Shown: positions 19,189-30,582, counted from the first letter of the stretch. The stretch is DNA of 64,000 nucleotides from Cyanobacteriota bacterium (GCA_033764955.1 JANRIL010000019.1:64001-128000), one strand, 5' to 3'. The notes: generated from the letters alone by a model not told the origin. Numbers and translations: made by a program.

Positions 19189-22100
19189 TTAGCCAGGGAT
19201 CCCGCTCAAGCTGGTCTGCCCCACCGCCGCATTCATTTTTTCAAACCATGTGATCAGATTTTCCAACTGCTGATGAGCAGGCACCTGCCCTAGTCCACGC
19301 ACCGTTACTTTGCTGGGCTGATAAATAAAGCGAGCTTGCAGGTGGCTGGGCAGGGTTTCTTTGAGGCGTTGCCAAGCAGGTTCCGCCATCGGGGTTTCTA
19401 AAATTACATGCTCTTTGAGGGGCTTGATCCGCGAGAACCCCAGCGATTTGGCGAGCTGTTTGAGTTCCATCACCCGCAATAGCTCTTGGGTGGGCTTGGG
19501 CAATGAGCCATAGCGATCCAGCCAGGCAGCGGCAATTTGAGCCAATTCCACGCGGGAACTGGCAACAGCCACCTGCCGATAAGCTTGCATTTTTTGATCG
19601 GGATCCGGTATGTAATGCTGCGGAATCATTGCCGTTATATTTAAGTCAATTTGGGTGTCATCCACGACAGGAATTTCTTGTCCACGAATTTCTTTGATGG
19701 CATCCTGCAACATTTCCATATACAGATCAAATCCCACCGTATTGACTTGACCCGATTGTTCAGTTCCCAATAAATTGCCAACTCCTCGAATTTCCATATC
19801 GCGGATTGCCAACTGATAACCGGATCCCAACTGAGTGAATTCTTGAATGGCACGCAGCCGTTTACGAGCATCCTCCGTCAAGGTGGCTTGATCTCGATAA
19901 AATAACCAGGCATGAGCTTGGATCCCTGCTCGTCCCACCCGTCCGCGTAGTTGATAAAGTTGCGATAATCCAAAAAACTCAGCATTTTCCACCAAAATAG
20001 TATTGACCCGTGGAATATCTAAACCTGACTCAATGATCGTCGTGCAAACCAAAATATCGGTTTCTCCGTTGTTAAAGGTCAACATGGTGGCTTCTAATTC
20101 CCCTTCGGGCATTTGTCCGTGGGCAATGGAGATGCGGGCTTGAGGAATCATCTCCCGCAACTTACCAGCCACCTCTTCAATTCCTTCCACCCGATTGACC
20201 ACATAAAAAACTTGTCCCCCCCGATCCAATTCTTGCCGGATAGCCGTGTGAACTGCTTCGGGTTTGTAGGGAGACAGATGGGTTTTGATGGGGCGGCGGG
20301 AGGGGGGAGGAGTAGAAATGAGACTCATTTCTCGCAATCCAGAAAGCGACATATAGAGAGTGCGGGGAATGGGAGTGGCGGTTAAGGTCAAGACATCCAC
20401 TTGTGTTTTCAGGGCTTTAATTTTTTCCTTTTGATTGACCCCAAAACGCTGTTCTTCATCAATAACCAACAGTCCCAAATCCTTAAACCTCACCTCTTTT
20501 CCCAATATCTGATGGGTACCCACGACAATATCCATCTCGCCCGTGGCTAGACGAGCCAGAATGTCTTTTTTCTCTTCCGAACTGCGAAAACGGTTTAACA
20601 ACCCTACTTGAATGGGATAGGGAGCAAAGCGTTCTTTCAAGGTATGATAATGCTGCTGGGTCAAAATTGTGGTGGGAGCCAAAAGCGCTACTTGTTTGCC
20701 CGAAGTGACCGCCTTAAAAATAGCGCGAATGGCGATTTCTGTCTTACCAAAACCCACATCCCCACACACCAGTCGATCCATGGGTCGTTCACTTTCCATA
20801 TCACCCTTCACATCCTGAATTGATTTGAGTTGATCGGGAGTGGGTTGATAAGGAAACGAGTCTTCCATTTCCTGTTGCCAGGGAGAGTCGGCGGGGAAGG
20901 CAAAGCCCCGTTGTTCGGCCCGTTTAGCATAAAGTTCTAACAAATCATAAGCGACTTTTTGAATGGCTTTTTTAACTTTATTTTTAGTCTTTTCCCAAGC
21001 TTGACCGGACATCTTATTGAGAACAGGTGGGCGTTCAGATGTCGAACGATACCGAGAAAGTGAGTTAACCTGATCAGCAGCAACCCGCAATTCTCCATCG
21101 CTGTATTGGATCACTAAATATTCACGAGTTTCACCATTCAGTGTTAGGGTTTCCAGTCGCAAAAACTTGCCAATACCGTGGGCTTTGTGAACCACAAAAT
21201 CTCCTGGTTGCAAGAGATTGGGATCCACCTGCCGCGAACTGGCCTGTCGCCGTTTACGGATATAGCTGGAAGTAGCCAGACTATGCTGACCAAAAAACTC
21301 CCGATCCGTTACCAAGACGGTGCGATAAAGCGGCCAGACAAATCCTGCCAACTCCGCCAAACCAACATACTTGAGGGCGGTGGGAGTTTGGCTATCCACT
21401 AAGCGATCCAGGGTCGGAAAATCCTTTGGGTTGGGCACAAACTGCGCCGGACAATCATGTTCCTGTAAAAGAGCTACAGCGCGGGAAGGTTGTGCCGAGA
21501 CCACCCACACCTGGGATCCCTGTTGACGCTGTTCTCGAATCGTTTTGGCTAGGGCGGCAAACTGATGGGGAATGGCGGCGACGGCGCGGGTTTTGCAATC
21601 GAGACCTTCCGATCCACTTGCTAACTCAGAGACCCTTACCTGGGGAAAATGGGCGAGTCTATCCAGATTGACCGCAAAGGGCCGATGCAAAGGGGGAAGG
21701 CGAAAGGGGAGAGCTTGCCATAATTCCTGCGCCTGATTAACCCACTGTTGACTGTGGGCACAACACTGTTCCGGTTCATCAATCACCACCAGTGTGGACT
21801 CAGGCAGGTAGTCAGCCAAACTGGCGGGAGAGGCGTAGGCTAACCCTAGGTATTGGCGGAGTCCTTCGGTGTTGGTTTGCCAGTCGGCGGTGCTCATTTC
21901 CGAAGGTAGTCCGCCTTGATCCATGGCCGCTTGCAGAGCCGCCGCGATCATCACGCCATAGTTAGTCGCAGTGAGGAGCAATTCTGACAGGGCATCCTGC
22001 GAACGCTGACTAACGGGATCAAACTCCCGTAGTTTTTCCAAGTCGGAACCAAACCACTCCAGACGAACCGGCCACTCGCTCGCCACCGGGAAAACATCCA

Positions 22101-22641
22101 CCAGATCCCCCCGCTGACTCCACTGCCCTTCGCTTTCCACCAAACTGACCCGCTCATATCCCAGGCGAGTCAGGGCTTGCCCCAATTCTTTAAGGCTCAT
22201 CTGCAAGCCGGGACGCAACAGCAGACCAAAGGAACGAAAAACGTCGGGGGGAGGCAAATGGGGTTGCAGGGATCCCTCTGTGGCCACCACCGCCATCCCC
22301 ATCTGACCCCGCTGCAAATCCGCCAATACCTGAAACTGCCCCCAGACCATTTCGGCCTCTAGGTCAAACGGTTCGTAGGGAGAAGCCTCCGAAGTGGGAT
22401 AAAAATGCACGACATCCCAGCCCATCGCCTCCAGTTGAGCTGTCCAGCGCCCCGCCTCCTCCAAAGTTGCGGTGACTACCAACAGATTCCGTTGTGCCTG
22501 CCGTGCCAGGGCGGATGTCAACAACCCCTTAGGTAGGCGGGAGAGTCCCTTCAAATCCAAAATCTGATGCTTGAGTTTGCCGAGAAACTCAAGGGTGAGG
22601 GGCGATTGTCCGAGATAACGAACTAGCGGCAGAAAAGACAT
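19189..22641 (-). CDS. mfd: Transcription-repair coupling factor
   Basis: Car[57 protein letters not shown]-terminus. Confidence 0.97.
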   Translation of the reverse strand: MSFLPLVRYLGQSPLTLEFLGKLKHQILDLKGLSRLPKGLLTSALARQAQRNLLVVTATLEEAGRWTAQLEAMGWDVVHFYPTSEASPYEPFDLEAEMVWGQFQVLADLQRGQMGMAVVATEGSLQPHLPPPDVFRSFGLLLRPGLQMSLKELGQALTRLGYERVSLVESEGQWSQRGDLVDVFPVASEWPVRLEWFGSDLEKLREFDPVSQRSQDALSELLLTATNYGVMIAAALQAAMDQGGLPSEMSTADWQTNTEGLRQYLGLAYASPASLADYLPESTLVVIDEPEQCCAHSQQWVNQAQELWQALPFRLPPLHRPFAVNLDRLAHFPQVRVSELASGSEGLDCKTRAVAAIPHQFAALAKTIREQRQQGSQVWVVSAQPSRAVALLQEHDCPAQFVPNPKDFPTLDRLVDSQTPTALKYVGLAELAGFVWPLYRTVLVTDREFFGQHSLATSSYIRKRRQASSRQVDPNLLQPGDFVVHKAHGIGKFLRLETLTLNGETREYLVIQYSDGELRVAADQVNSLSRYRSTSERPPVLNKMSGQAWEKTKNKVKKAIQKVAYDLLELYAKRAEQRGFAFPADSPWQQEMEDSFPYQPTPDQLKSIQDVKGDMESERPMDRLVCGDVGFGKTEIAIRAIFKAVTSGKQVALLAPTTILTQQHYHTLKERFAPYPIQVGLLNRFRSSEEKKDILARLATGEMDIVVGTHQILGKEVRFKDLGLLVIDEEQRFGVNQKEKIKALKTQVDVLTLTATPIPRTLYMSLSGLREMSLISTPPPSRRPIKTHLSPYKPEAVHTAIRQELDRGGQVFYVVNRVEGIEEVAGKLREMIPQARISIAHGQMPEGELEATMLTFNNGETDILVCTTIIESGLDIPRVNTILVENAEFFGLSQLYQLRGRVGRAGIQAHAWLFYRDQATLTEDARKRLRAIQEFTQLGSGYQLAIRDMEIRGVGNLLGTEQSGQVNTVGFDLYMEMLQDAIKEIRGQEIPVVDDTQIDLNITAMIPQHYIPDPDQKMQAYRQVAVASSRVELAQIAAAWLDRYGSLPKPTQELLRVMELKQLAKSLGFSRIKPLKEHVILETPMAEPAWQRLKETLPSHLQARFIYQPSKVTVRGLGQVPAHQQLENLITWFEKMNAAVGQTSLSGIPG

Positions 22642-22677
22642 GCAAGCCAAGCCAATCAGCAAATTAGGTTGCGTCCG

Positions 22678-22887
22678 TTAAGACCGAAAACGTGAGCGCA
22701 GGGCATCCCAGGCAACGGAAGCCGAATCACTAGCCACCACCCGTGCTTTGCTCAGCCAGAGATTGGCATTGTCCGTAACCAATCCCTTGATGCTGGAGAA
22801 ATTGTCCCCAGCTTGTACCCAGGTTTTGCGACTCCAAGATCCCAAGTTTTTGCTGGCGGCATTCAGGAGTGTTTCTAGCGTATCCAT
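22678..22887 (-). CDS. Small hypothetical protein (69 aa)
   Basis: ATG with GAGG upstream; amphipathic helical sequence; co-oriented just upstream of mfd. Confidence 0.55.
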   Translation of the reverse strand: MDTLETLLNAASKNLGSWSRKTWVQAGDNFSSIKGLVTDNANLWLSKARVVASDSASVAWDALRSRFRS

Positions 22888-23225
22888 AGGGTTGCCTCTG
22901 TTGAGTAACGTGTGTAATTAGGCGGCACTGGATTTTAAGATGATTATCCGGGGAAGGAGGGATGAGTAGTCAGAACATTTTGCGGATCCTACGGGATCCC
23001 CTGCCTGACCCCCCGTAGAAATTCAGGTGCTCAATAGCTTAGCAGGCGATCACGGCCAGACCAATCCGACCAGCAGGGCTGCCCCTAGCACCACACAGAC
23101 TCTACTGCTACCCCCGATTTTAACTGCATGATCCGAAGATATTACAAATCGTTAAGAATTTGCCGTCATGCCATCGCGCTAGTTAAGCTAAGCAGCATGT
23201 TCGGGAAACAAGAGCGTTGTATCGT

Positions 23226-23606
23226 ATGAGCTATCGGTCAGAGCAAGACTTCGAGCAATCCACTTCCAAGCAAAAGGTAACGCTGTATCTTTCGCCTGAG
23301 CTACACCGCAACCTCAAAATTCGGGCTGCCGTCGAAATGGAGGCCATGTCTGTGATGGCTGAGCGAGCCTTGAGCTTTTATCTCGATCACCCCGACATGA
23401 TTGAGAACGCCTTTGGTCGTTCCCATCAAGTTCATTACTGTCCCGAATGTTCTCAGCCCCTAGTCCTGCGCCAAGGTGAATTGGCTGCCGTCACATCCCA
23501 TACCTGTTCATCAGTCATTTTAGAGGATGGTGAGTCGGATTTTGTTCAGGCTACCTGGGGATCCCCTGACACCAGCAGCAAACGAGATGAGTTAGTGCCC
23601 TGTTAA
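23226..23606 (+). CDS. Ribbon-helix-helix-like protein with CxxC, first gene of the ycf46 operon (Slr0373-like)
   Basis: KQKVTLYLSPELHRNLKIRAAVEMEAMSVMAERAL; CPECSQPLV; position before ycf46. Confidence 0.8.
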   Translation: MSYRSEQDFEQSTSKQKVTLYLSPELHRNLKIRAAVEMEAMSVMAERALSFYLDHPDMIENAFGRSHQVHYCPECSQPLVLRQGELAAVTSHTCSSVILEDGESDFVQATWGSPDTSSKRDELVPC

Positions 23607-23676
23607 CCGTGAATGGGGATCCCCTCTATAGGGGGATCCCCGGCTTCAGCCCCATCCATTGAGTGTAGATGTCATC

Positions 23677-25185
23677 ATGCGAGAGCTAGAAATCCTCATC
23701 CAAGCTCAGTACCCACTCGTTTATCTTCTCACCCCAGAAGAAGAACGAGCCGAGGGTCTGCTCTCCAGCATTGCCCGCCTCAAGCCGCAACGCCGCCTCT
23801 TCATCTGGACGGTTACCCACGGCATTGTTGAATACGGCAATCCCCGCAGTCTCACCCAACACAACACCCAGTCTCCTCAACCGGCTATCCAATGGGTGAT
23901 GGAGCAAAAGGAACCCGGCATTTTTGTTTTCAAAGATCTGCATGATTTTTTGGACAATACCGAGGTCAAGCGTTGGTTGCGAGATGCCATTGCCAGCCTA
24001 CGGGGATCCCATAAAACAATTGTCTTGATGTCGCCCTTGCAAGTCATCCCAGTAGAGCTAGAAAAAGATATTGCTGTTGTAGAATTTCCTCTCCCCGATA
24101 TGGCCGCTTTAGAGCGAGTACTCAATCGCCAACTGGAGCAAAGTCCCCGCTCAGCGAACCTCTCTCCCGATACTCGAGAAAAGTTAGTGAAAGCAGCCTT
24201 AGGCTTGACGTTGGACGAAACGGAGAAAGTCTATCGCAAAGCGGTTGTGATGACGGGTCAACTCACGGAAAGTGAAGTCGAGGTGGTGCTTTCTGAAAAG
24301 AAGCAACTGATTCGGCGCAACGGCATTCTGGAGTATATCGAAGATCACGAAACTATTGACGGTGTTGGGGGACTAGAAGAATTAAAGCACTGGCTCACCC
24401 AACGGTCAGGAGCCTTCACCGAGCGCGCACGGATCTACGGCTTGCCCCAACCCAAAGGTATGTTAATTTTGGGGGTGCCTGGATGTGGCAAGTCACTCAT
24501 TGCCAAGACCACGGCTCGGCTTTGGGGCTTGCCTCTCTTACGCCTAGATATGGGGCGCATTTATGACGGCTCGATGGTGGGTAAGTCGGAAGCCAATTTG
24601 CGGAGCGCCCTCAAAACGGCGGAGTCTCTGTCGCCTGCCATCTTATTTATTGATGAATTGGACAAAGCTTTTGCTGGATCAGCGGGTTCTAGCGACTCAG
24701 ACGGGGGAACTTCCAGCCGGATTTTCGGATCCTTCTTGACCTGGATGCAAGAAAAACGTTCCCCTGTATTTGTGATGGCAACTGCTAACCGCGTCGATCG
24801 CCTTCCGGGGGAGTTTTTACGAAAAGGTCGCTTTGATGAGATTTTCTTTGTCGATTTGCCCAACACCAGCGAGCGCACCGAAATCTTCGAAATTCATCTG
24901 AAAAAGCGCCGCCGAGATATTAGTCGTTTTGACCTTAAGCAACTAGCCGCCGCCTGTGAAGGCTTTTCGGGGGCGGAGATTGAACAAGTATTGGTTGCTG
25001 CCATGTACGAATCCTTTGCCCAGAATCGGGAGTTTACCCAACTGGACATTTTGGCAGCGACAAAAGCAACTCAGCCACTATCACGCACCATGATGGAGCA
25101 GGTAGTTGCGTTGAGGGAATGGGCCCAGCAACGGGCTCGGCCAGCAGCGGCATCTGTGGCCGAGTACCAAAGGCTGGAGTTCTAG
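23677..25185 (+). CDS. ycf46: Ycf46-family AAA+ ATPase
   Basis: GVPGCGKS Walker A, LFIDELDK Walker B, ATANR, RKGRFDEIFFVDLP; degenerate N-terminal AAA module. Confidence 0.92.
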   Translation: MRELEILIQAQYPLVYLLTPEEERAEGLLSSIARLKPQRRLFIWTVTHGIVEYGNPRSLTQHNTQSPQPAIQWVMEQKEPGIFVFKDLHDFLDNTEVKRWLRDAIASLRGSHKTIVLMSPLQVIPVELEKDIAVVEFPLPDMAALERVLNRQLEQSPRSANLSPDTREKLVKAALGLTLDETEKVYRKAVVMTGQLTESEVEVVLSEKKQLIRRNGILEYIEDHETIDGVGGLEELKHWLTQRSGAFTERARIYGLPQPKGMLILGVPGCGKSLIAKTTARLWGLPLLRLDMGRIYDGSMVGKSEANLRSALKTAESLSPAILFIDELDKAFAGSAGSSDSDGGTSSRIFGSFLTWMQEKRSPVFVMATANRVDRLPGEFLRKGRFDEIFFVDLPNTSERTEIFEIHLKKRRRDISRFDLKQLAAACEGFSGAEIEQVLVAAMYESFAQNREFTQLDILAATKATQPLSRTMMEQVVALREWAQQRARPAAASVAEYQRLEF

Positions 25186-25320
25186 GACTCAGGAGGATGG
25201 ATCGCTCCAGCAGGAAGCTCTCGAACCCCTCGAAAGACTTCTGATCTGGAGTGAAACTGACTGAAAGCCTAGCCCATTGTGTGTCGTGATGTTCCTAACC
25301 AAACTCTCAGGAGAAACACC

Positions 25321-25671
25321 ATGTCTCATTTTAGCACTCTACGTACCAAAATTACCGATGCCCAAATTCTCCAGCAATCTTTGCGGGATCTTGGGTTTAC
25401 GGTCAAGCAAAATGCCGATGTGCGCGGTTACAACGGTCAGCGTGTTCGTTCTGACATCGTAGCGATGTTGGAAGGGGATTACGATTTGGGGTGGTCTAAG
25501 AATCCCGATGGTTCCTATGACCTGATTGCCGATCTGTGGGGCGTCGCCAAAAAGCATAACCAAACGGAACTGATTAATTCCATCAACCAAAAGTATGCCG
25601 TTAACAAAACCCTCACAGAAGTGAAGCGCCCTGGTCTACAAAATGCCAACGTCAAGCTGATGGTGCACTAA
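25321..25671 (+). CDS. ycf35: Ycf35/DUF1257 protein
   Basis: MSHFSTLRTKITD...VRGYNGQ...YDLIADLWG; AGGAG RBS. Confidence 0.9.
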   Translation: MSHFSTLRTKITDAQILQQSLRDLGFTVKQNADVRGYNGQRVRSDIVAMLEGDYDLGWSKNPDGSYDLIADLWGVAKKHNQTELINSINQKYAVNKTLTEVKRPGLQNANVKLMVH

Positions 25672-25716
25672 GCAAAACATCACTTCTGGCAAGTTGATCG
25701 TTTTGTCCCTAACCGC

Positions 25717-25744
25717 AATGGGCTGCCACCGCAGCCCATTTTTT
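25717..25744 (+). terminator. Intrinsic terminator of the ycf46-ycf35 operon
   Basis: AATGGGCTGC-CACC-GCAGCCCATT followed by a T run. Confidence 0.85.
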
Positions 25745-25759
25745 GTTGAGTTTTCTTGT

Positions 25760-27034
25760 TCAAGTGCTTTTGATGGGTTGAGGTGGATCGGGAGTGGGGG
25801 TTATGGAGGGCTTGGGAGCGTGACTAAATAAGCGGAAATAGCCCGATACTAAAGTCTCTTTGAGGGGGAAAATTAAGTAGGTGAGGGGATTGATCGTGAC
25901 AATAATGTTGCGAAAGTCCCGTTTAGCCTGAGCAATAATTTGGCGGGCTACCCAGTCGGCTGACATCACCCCAATCGGGTTAAGCTGACTACGAAATGGC
26001 CCTAAAATCAATTTGCGAATGATGCAGGGAGCCTCTAACCGCCGTAGGGTGACGAGATCTCCCAAGGCTCGCTTGGACAGTTCGTAGAGAGGACTGATGG
26101 CGGGCAAGACTTCTGCTTCTGAGGTATTGACCCAAACTTCTTTGCAGGCGATATCAGGATTGCTGGTGACAGTAGCTAAAAATAGTTCCAGCAAGCGCCA
26201 ACTGGAGAAGGTATTGACTTGAAAAGATTGCTCAATAGCATCCGCACTGCGCCCACCATGCACATTCACACCGTGGTTCAGGATAAGAATATCCACAGTT
26301 TGCAGGAGCGGGGTCAATTCGTTCTCTTGCCCTATTTGCCAGCGATGAGGCTCTAGTTGTTGGGATCCCCCATCCATCGGCAGCGAGATCGGCTGGGATC
26401 CCCTACTGAGGGGGATAACTTTGCACCCCTGTTGGAGAAGCTGCTGGAGAAGGGCTCGCCCCAAACTACCGGAGGCTCCGGTGACGGCAACGGTTTTGCC
26501 CTTGAGGGAGAGACTAGTACCCATCAATCGGTCCAAAAGGGTAAAGGTTCCAGAAAAATAGGCGTTGGGATCATCAAAGTGATGTCGCCAGTGGTAGGAG
26601 CGATTCACCCACCATAGCCCTGGAATATCGGTAAACGCTCCTGGCTGATGAGTTAAGTCTGTCTCCATAGCGATCCCTTGTCCACGACTCATCCCGCCCA
26701 CCAAAAAACTGAGGGAATAGAGGACGCCTAGACCACTGGCAAGGCTGTAAGTGGGGGCTATCAACCACAGGGTTCCGCACAGCAACAACCCCGCGAGCAG
26801 CATGGCTACTGACTCCGGTACATCGTGATGCCATTGGGATTGACGGTAGAGATCGGCATCAATCACCGTTAAATCTCGCCGGAATATTTTGTGGTGCAGA
26901 TGATGTTTGGGCATCAGTCGAGGAAAGGCATGGGCTAAAGCATGTCGCCCATCCCTGACCAATTCCGCCCATAGTAGAGAGCCGAGGGCGACTAGTCCCT
27001 GGAGCGCGGATCCCAACCAAAACTCGCTCGCCAT
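25760..27034 (-). CDS. mgdE: Monoglucosyldiacylglycerol epimerase (FA-hydroxylase-like plus SDR fusion)
   Basis: His boxes HHLHH and HWRHH; TGASGSLG; EVWVNTSEAE; SPLYELSKR. Confidence 0.85.
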   Translation of the reverse strand: MASEFWLGSALQGLVALGSLLWAELVRDGRHALAHAFPRLMPKHHLHHKIFRRDLTVIDADLYRQSQWHHDVPESVAMLLAGLLLCGTLWLIAPTYSLASGLGVLYSLSFLVGGMSRGQGIAMETDLTHQPGAFTDIPGLWWVNRSYHWRHHFDDPNAYFSGTFTLLDRLMGTSLSLKGKTVAVTGASGSLGRALLQQLLQQGCKVIPLSRGSQPISLPMDGGSQQLEPHRWQIGQENELTPLLQTVDILILNHGVNVHGGRSADAIEQSFQVNTFSSWRLLELFLATVTSNPDIACKEVWVNTSEAEVLPAISPLYELSKRALGDLVTLRRLEAPCIIRKLILGPFRSQLNPIGVMSADWVARQIIAQAKRDFRNIIVTINPLTYLIFPLKETLVSGYFRLFSHAPKPSITPTPDPPQPIKST

Positions 27035-27365
27035 ACTGTGCTTGTGTTTTGCAATGGAGTGGTAAGTGCTGAAAAGAGGTTAAAGTTTTTAGCTCTAATA
27101 TTTTAAGAAACTTAATCATGCTACCACTAATGCGGTGCGACCCGGCTGCAATCCCAGCCCCAGTTACAGTCACGTTTAGCGGGCACACACAGTTTTACCA
27201 CTCAGCGAACCTGCCCACATTAGCTATGTTCCGTGGCGGAGGCTGAAAAGGTTGGCCAAGCCATTTAGCCCTACACCCCGAACACGCCTAGACAAAGGGC
27301 AGGGATCCCGACCTAGGGGGTTTTTGGTTAAGCTCAGAAAGCAGTTGTGGTCACTCTTTTGCTTT

Positions 27366-27581
27366 ATGTTACGCATCCCGATTGGCTCAACGGTGCAAGT
27401 GATTGCCCTACCCCCTTTTCTGAAAACAGCGGATCCCATGCCAATGTTGCGTCCGGCTCATCTGATTCAGGTGGGAGAAACCGGTAGTGTGACAGGGCAG
27501 CGTCCGGGGGGATATCACAGCGTGCGCTTTGCCAACGGCGTATTTTTGATCGATCCGCAGTATTTGCAGGTAGTATCGTGA
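27366..27581 (+). CDS. sipA: SipA, NblS-interacting regulator (DUF3148)
   Basis: PPFLKTADPMPMLRP..I.VGE.G.V...RPGG..VRF..G.FLID..YL signature; start ATG 27366. Confidence 0.88.
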   Translation: MLRIPIGSTVQVIALPPFLKTADPMPMLRPAHLIQVGETGSVTGQRPGGYHSVRFANGVFLIDPQYLQVVS

Positions 27582-27613
27582 GTGCAAGCTCGTTGCCCCT
27601 GTCGCCATCAACA

Positions 27614-28207
27614 ATGCCCCCCTCTAAACAACAGAGCTTTGAAGCTCAACTGGCCACTACGGAAGCGGCGGATCGGCAGACTTGGCGGCAATGGCTGCAA
27701 ACCAACCATCTCACCTCCCCTGGAGTTTGGTTGATTTACTACAAGGTCAAAAGCGGTCAGCCCAGTGTGCAATACAGCGAAGCTGTCCAGGAAGCCCTCT
27801 GCTTTGGTTGGATTGACAGCAAGGTAAAATCCTTGGACGAGCAGCGTTATCAGCAAATTTTCACTCCCCGCAAACCAAACAGTGTTTGGTCAAAACTAAA
27901 CAAACACTATGTTGAGCAACTGTTGGCGGCAGGGCTGATGACGGAAGCGGGGTTAGCTAAGGTGCAGGCCGCCCAAGCGGATGGATCCTGGACAAGTTTG
28001 GATGCGATTGAGGCACTGATCCTGCCGCCGGATTTGCAAGAGGCGCTCGCCAAGCAGCCGTCCGCCCAAGAAAACTTTGCTTCTTTTAGCAAGTCCACCC
28101 GAAAAAATATTCTCTTTTGGATTGGCAGTGCCAAACGTCCCGCCACACGCCTCAACCGTATCCAGCAAACCCTCACCGCCGCTCTCGCCAACCGCAGCCC
28201 CCTATGA
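27614..28207 (+). CDS. YdeI/OmpD-associated family protein
   Basis: EAVQEALCFGWIDS, FTPRKPNSVWSKLN, AKRPATRLNRI. Confidence 0.9.
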   Translation: MPPSKQQSFEAQLATTEAADRQTWRQWLQTNHLTSPGVWLIYYKVKSGQPSVQYSEAVQEALCFGWIDSKVKSLDEQRYQQIFTPRKPNSVWSKLNKHYVEQLLAAGLMTEAGLAKVQAAQADGSWTSLDAIEALILPPDLQEALAKQPSAQENFASFSKSTRKNILFWIGSAKRPATRLNRIQQTLTAALANRSPL

Positions 28208-28749
28208 GTTTACGCATTCACGGACAGCGTTCTCTACAAACTTTGCCCGGACTAAAAACTCGTCCGACTTCAGCCCGTGTGCGGCAGGCGGTTTTTAATA
28301 TCTTGCAGGGAGAAATTGGGGATTGTCGCTGGCTGGATGTTTGCTGTGGATCTGGGAGTATGGGGGGAGAAGCCCTCTGCCGAGGAGCCAGTTATGTCGT
28401 GGGGATCGAAAGTTCGGAATCAGCCTGTCGCGTGATCCAGAGCAACTGGAACCAATTGGTTCGCCCCCAGCAATCTTTTCGGGTGATCAGAGGGGATGCC
28501 CGTCTGATTTTGCGCCAATCCTGTCCAGGGGATCCCTTTGATGTGATTTATCTGGATCCCCCCTATGAATCGGGTCTGTATGGCGATATTCTCCCCTTGC
28601 TTCCGGCCTGGTTAGCCTCGACAGGGTGGGTGATCGCCGAGTGTCGTGCTGGCACCGCTCTACCAGAACAGGTGGGATCCCTCTGCTTGGGGGATGTTCG
28701 GCGCTATGGCGAAACTGCTTTAGTGATCTATCACCCTGAACACGCCTGA
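28204..28749 (+). CDS. rsmD: 16S rRNA m2G966 methyltransferase
   Basis: TRPTSARVRQAVFNIL, LDVCCGSGSMG, IYLDPPY; ATGA overlap with the upstream gene. Confidence 0.93.
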   Translation: MSLRIHGQRSLQTLPGLKTRPTSARVRQAVFNILQGEIGDCRWLDVCCGSGSMGGEALCRGASYVVGIESSESACRVIQSNWNQLVRPQQSFRVIRGDARLILRQSCPGDPFDVIYLDPPYESGLYGDILPLLPAWLASTGWVIAECRAGTALPEQVGSLCLGDVRRYGETALVIYHPEHA

Positions 28750-28783
28750 TCAAGCTAGGGATCCCTAATGCCCCCCCCAAAAC

Positions 28784-29965
28784 TCAACTCTGGGAAAGAC
28801 GTTTGACTTGGTTGCCACCCAACAAATGATGGGCTTCCTGCAAAAGGGCTGGGATCCGCTCACGGTGGGGACTATTTACCAAACAGGTTGCCAACTGACG
28901 GGGGGAAATACGAGCGGCATTTTCTCCGGGCACCCAATGTCCACTGTTGCCCAGCATGTTGTAGCGGGTAGAGGCAAAATCGGTCATATCATAGGCCAGA
29001 GCTAGGTTGCGTAGCCAAAGGATCAGCGGGATGTTGATGCCCCCAGGGGTAGACTCCGGATCCGGTAAACCCTGTCGCCAGGTCTTGGCAAAATCTTCGC
29101 CCACCACTTCGATCAGGGCATTCTCTAAGCGAGCCACAATGGTCGGCACCACGTGATCGGCTTGATCTAACCAGGCTAGGGTTTTCAGATGTTCATCAAA
29201 ATCGGTGGGACGGGCAGCTCCTATGCTCAAGGTATGCACCTGCGGATGTGCCAAACAAAACAGGTCGTTGAATACCATCGGACTCAAGGGGGCGCACAGA
29301 TCCACCAGCTTCTGGGGGGGGGCATATAATTTGCCCCCTTTATCGGAGGGACTAATGATAAAAACTCCCATATCCCGTTCATGTGCCGCCAGAATAGCAG
29401 GCCAATTGACCTGTAAAAAGTAGTACCAGTGTAGGTTGATATAGGCAAAACGATTGGATTCGACCGCTTGCATGATCACAGGCAGGGGAGCATGGGTGGA
29501 AAATCCAATAAACCGGACTTTTCCGGTTGCCACCAACTGTTCCGCCACATCCAGACATCCACCCGCTTTGAGGGCATCGTGCAGCAGGTCAGGGGTATTA
29601 ATGCCGTGGATCCCCAGTAAGTCCACATAGTCTAGGTTGAGGTAACGGAGGGATGTTTCAAAATTTCGCAAAAACTGACGGGGATCCGCTTCGGGAGCCA
29701 CCTTGGTTTGCACAATTATCTGCTGACGAGGTAACCGGGGCAAAATTTTCCCCAACTGCATCTCGGAACTTCCATAGCCCCGCGCTGTTTCGATATGGGT
29801 AATGCCCAGTTCTAACGCCCGCCGAATTGTGGCCTCCAGATTGTCTTGGCTAGCGGGGGGAATGTCTGACCAAGGGATATCCTGCCATTTGTGTTGATAG
29901 CGCATACCCCCACAACTCAACACAGGCATGGGCAATTCCGTTCGACCAAAGCGTCGATAGAGCAT
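28784..29965 (-). CDS. Aldo/keto reductase
   Basis: MLYRRFGRTELPMPVLSCGGMR, HIETARGYG, GKVRFIGFSTH. Confidence 0.9.
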   Translation of the reverse strand: MLYRRFGRTELPMPVLSCGGMRYQHKWQDIPWSDIPPASQDNLEATIRRALELGITHIETARGYGSSEMQLGKILPRLPRQQIIVQTKVAPEADPRQFLRNFETSLRYLNLDYVDLLGIHGINTPDLLHDALKAGGCLDVAEQLVATGKVRFIGFSTHAPLPVIMQAVESNRFAYINLHWYYFLQVNWPAILAAHERDMGVFIISPSDKGGKLYAPPQKLVDLCAPLSPMVFNDLFCLAHPQVHTLSIGAARPTDFDEHLKTLAWLDQADHVVPTIVARLENALIEVVGEDFAKTWRQGLPDPESTPGGINIPLILWLRNLALAYDMTDFASTRYNMLGNSGHWVPGENAARISPRQLATCLVNSPHRERIPALLQEAHHLLGGNQVKRLSQS

Positions 29966-30041
29966 GGGCTACGCATCCTTTCTGACTCGCTAGCGGAGGG
30001 GATCCCCCCATCCCAACGGTTGTAGCAAATTTTGTGGCGGG

Positions 30042-30260
30042 CTATGGCTGGGTTTGGCGGAGTGGGATAACCGACTGGGCATCTGTGGCCTCAGAAGTTT
30101 GGGAATATTCTGGCAACTGTTCCTGGGTTTTCACCTGTCCTAAAGCCGCTTCAATCGGGGCTGTGGCCTCTGTGCAGCTTGATCCTGCTCCATTCAAGAC
30201 CGTCTCGGTGATCTGCCCATCAGGACTAATCCGATACTCCACTTTTAGATAGTGCGCCAT
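30042..30260 (-). CDS. DUF2997 family protein
   Basis: ISPDGQITETVLNGAGSSCTEATAPIEAALG signature; AGGAG RBS. Confidence 0.85.
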   Translation of the reverse strand: MAHYLKVEYRISPDGQITETVLNGAGSSCTEATAPIEAALGQVKTQEQLPEYSQTSEATDAQSVIPLRQTQP

Positions 30261-30481
30261 GCTAAAGACTCCTTGATTGGCTGAGGATGTGGGTGGGCAT
30301 CCCTAGGGATCCCGTATTTAGCAGCCTAGCAAGAGATATCCCAATCGTTAAAAACCTTCTCTCTGCCGCCAATGGTAAGACCTTCAAAAGAGAAAATCCC
30401 TCTGGTTTTTGTCCGAGGAGTGAGGGCGTGATCCTACCCTAGTCACCCTCAATGAGCAGTGATTTGTCGAGGTATTCTTCA

Positions 30482-30498
30482 TCTATTTTATTCATAGA
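30482..30498. promoter_or_regulatory. LysR-type T-N11-A inverted repeat
   Basis: TCTAT-N7-ATAGA, about 85 bp upstream of ATG 30583. Confidence 0.45.
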
Positions 30499-30582
30499 CG
30501 ACATACAGAGAATAGTTTGATTCAATTTTGGAGAATGCTTAAGATTTTGATTGTAGGCCAATGTCTCTACCATTCTGCTTTT

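Noticed and set aside
19600..21200. AT-richer stretch inside mfd (similar patches in recG, pxcA and the ABC1 kinase)
   Set aside because: The reading frames are intact, with no intein or insertion; I cannot separate mosaicism from normal codon variation without computation.
27120..27330. Possible structured RNA between mgdE and sipA
   Set aside because: No recognisable family motif, convincing long stem or terminator seen by eye.
5829..27581. nblS and sipA in the same window as a regulatory cluster
   Set aside because: They are about 19 kb apart with unrelated genes between; likely coincidence.
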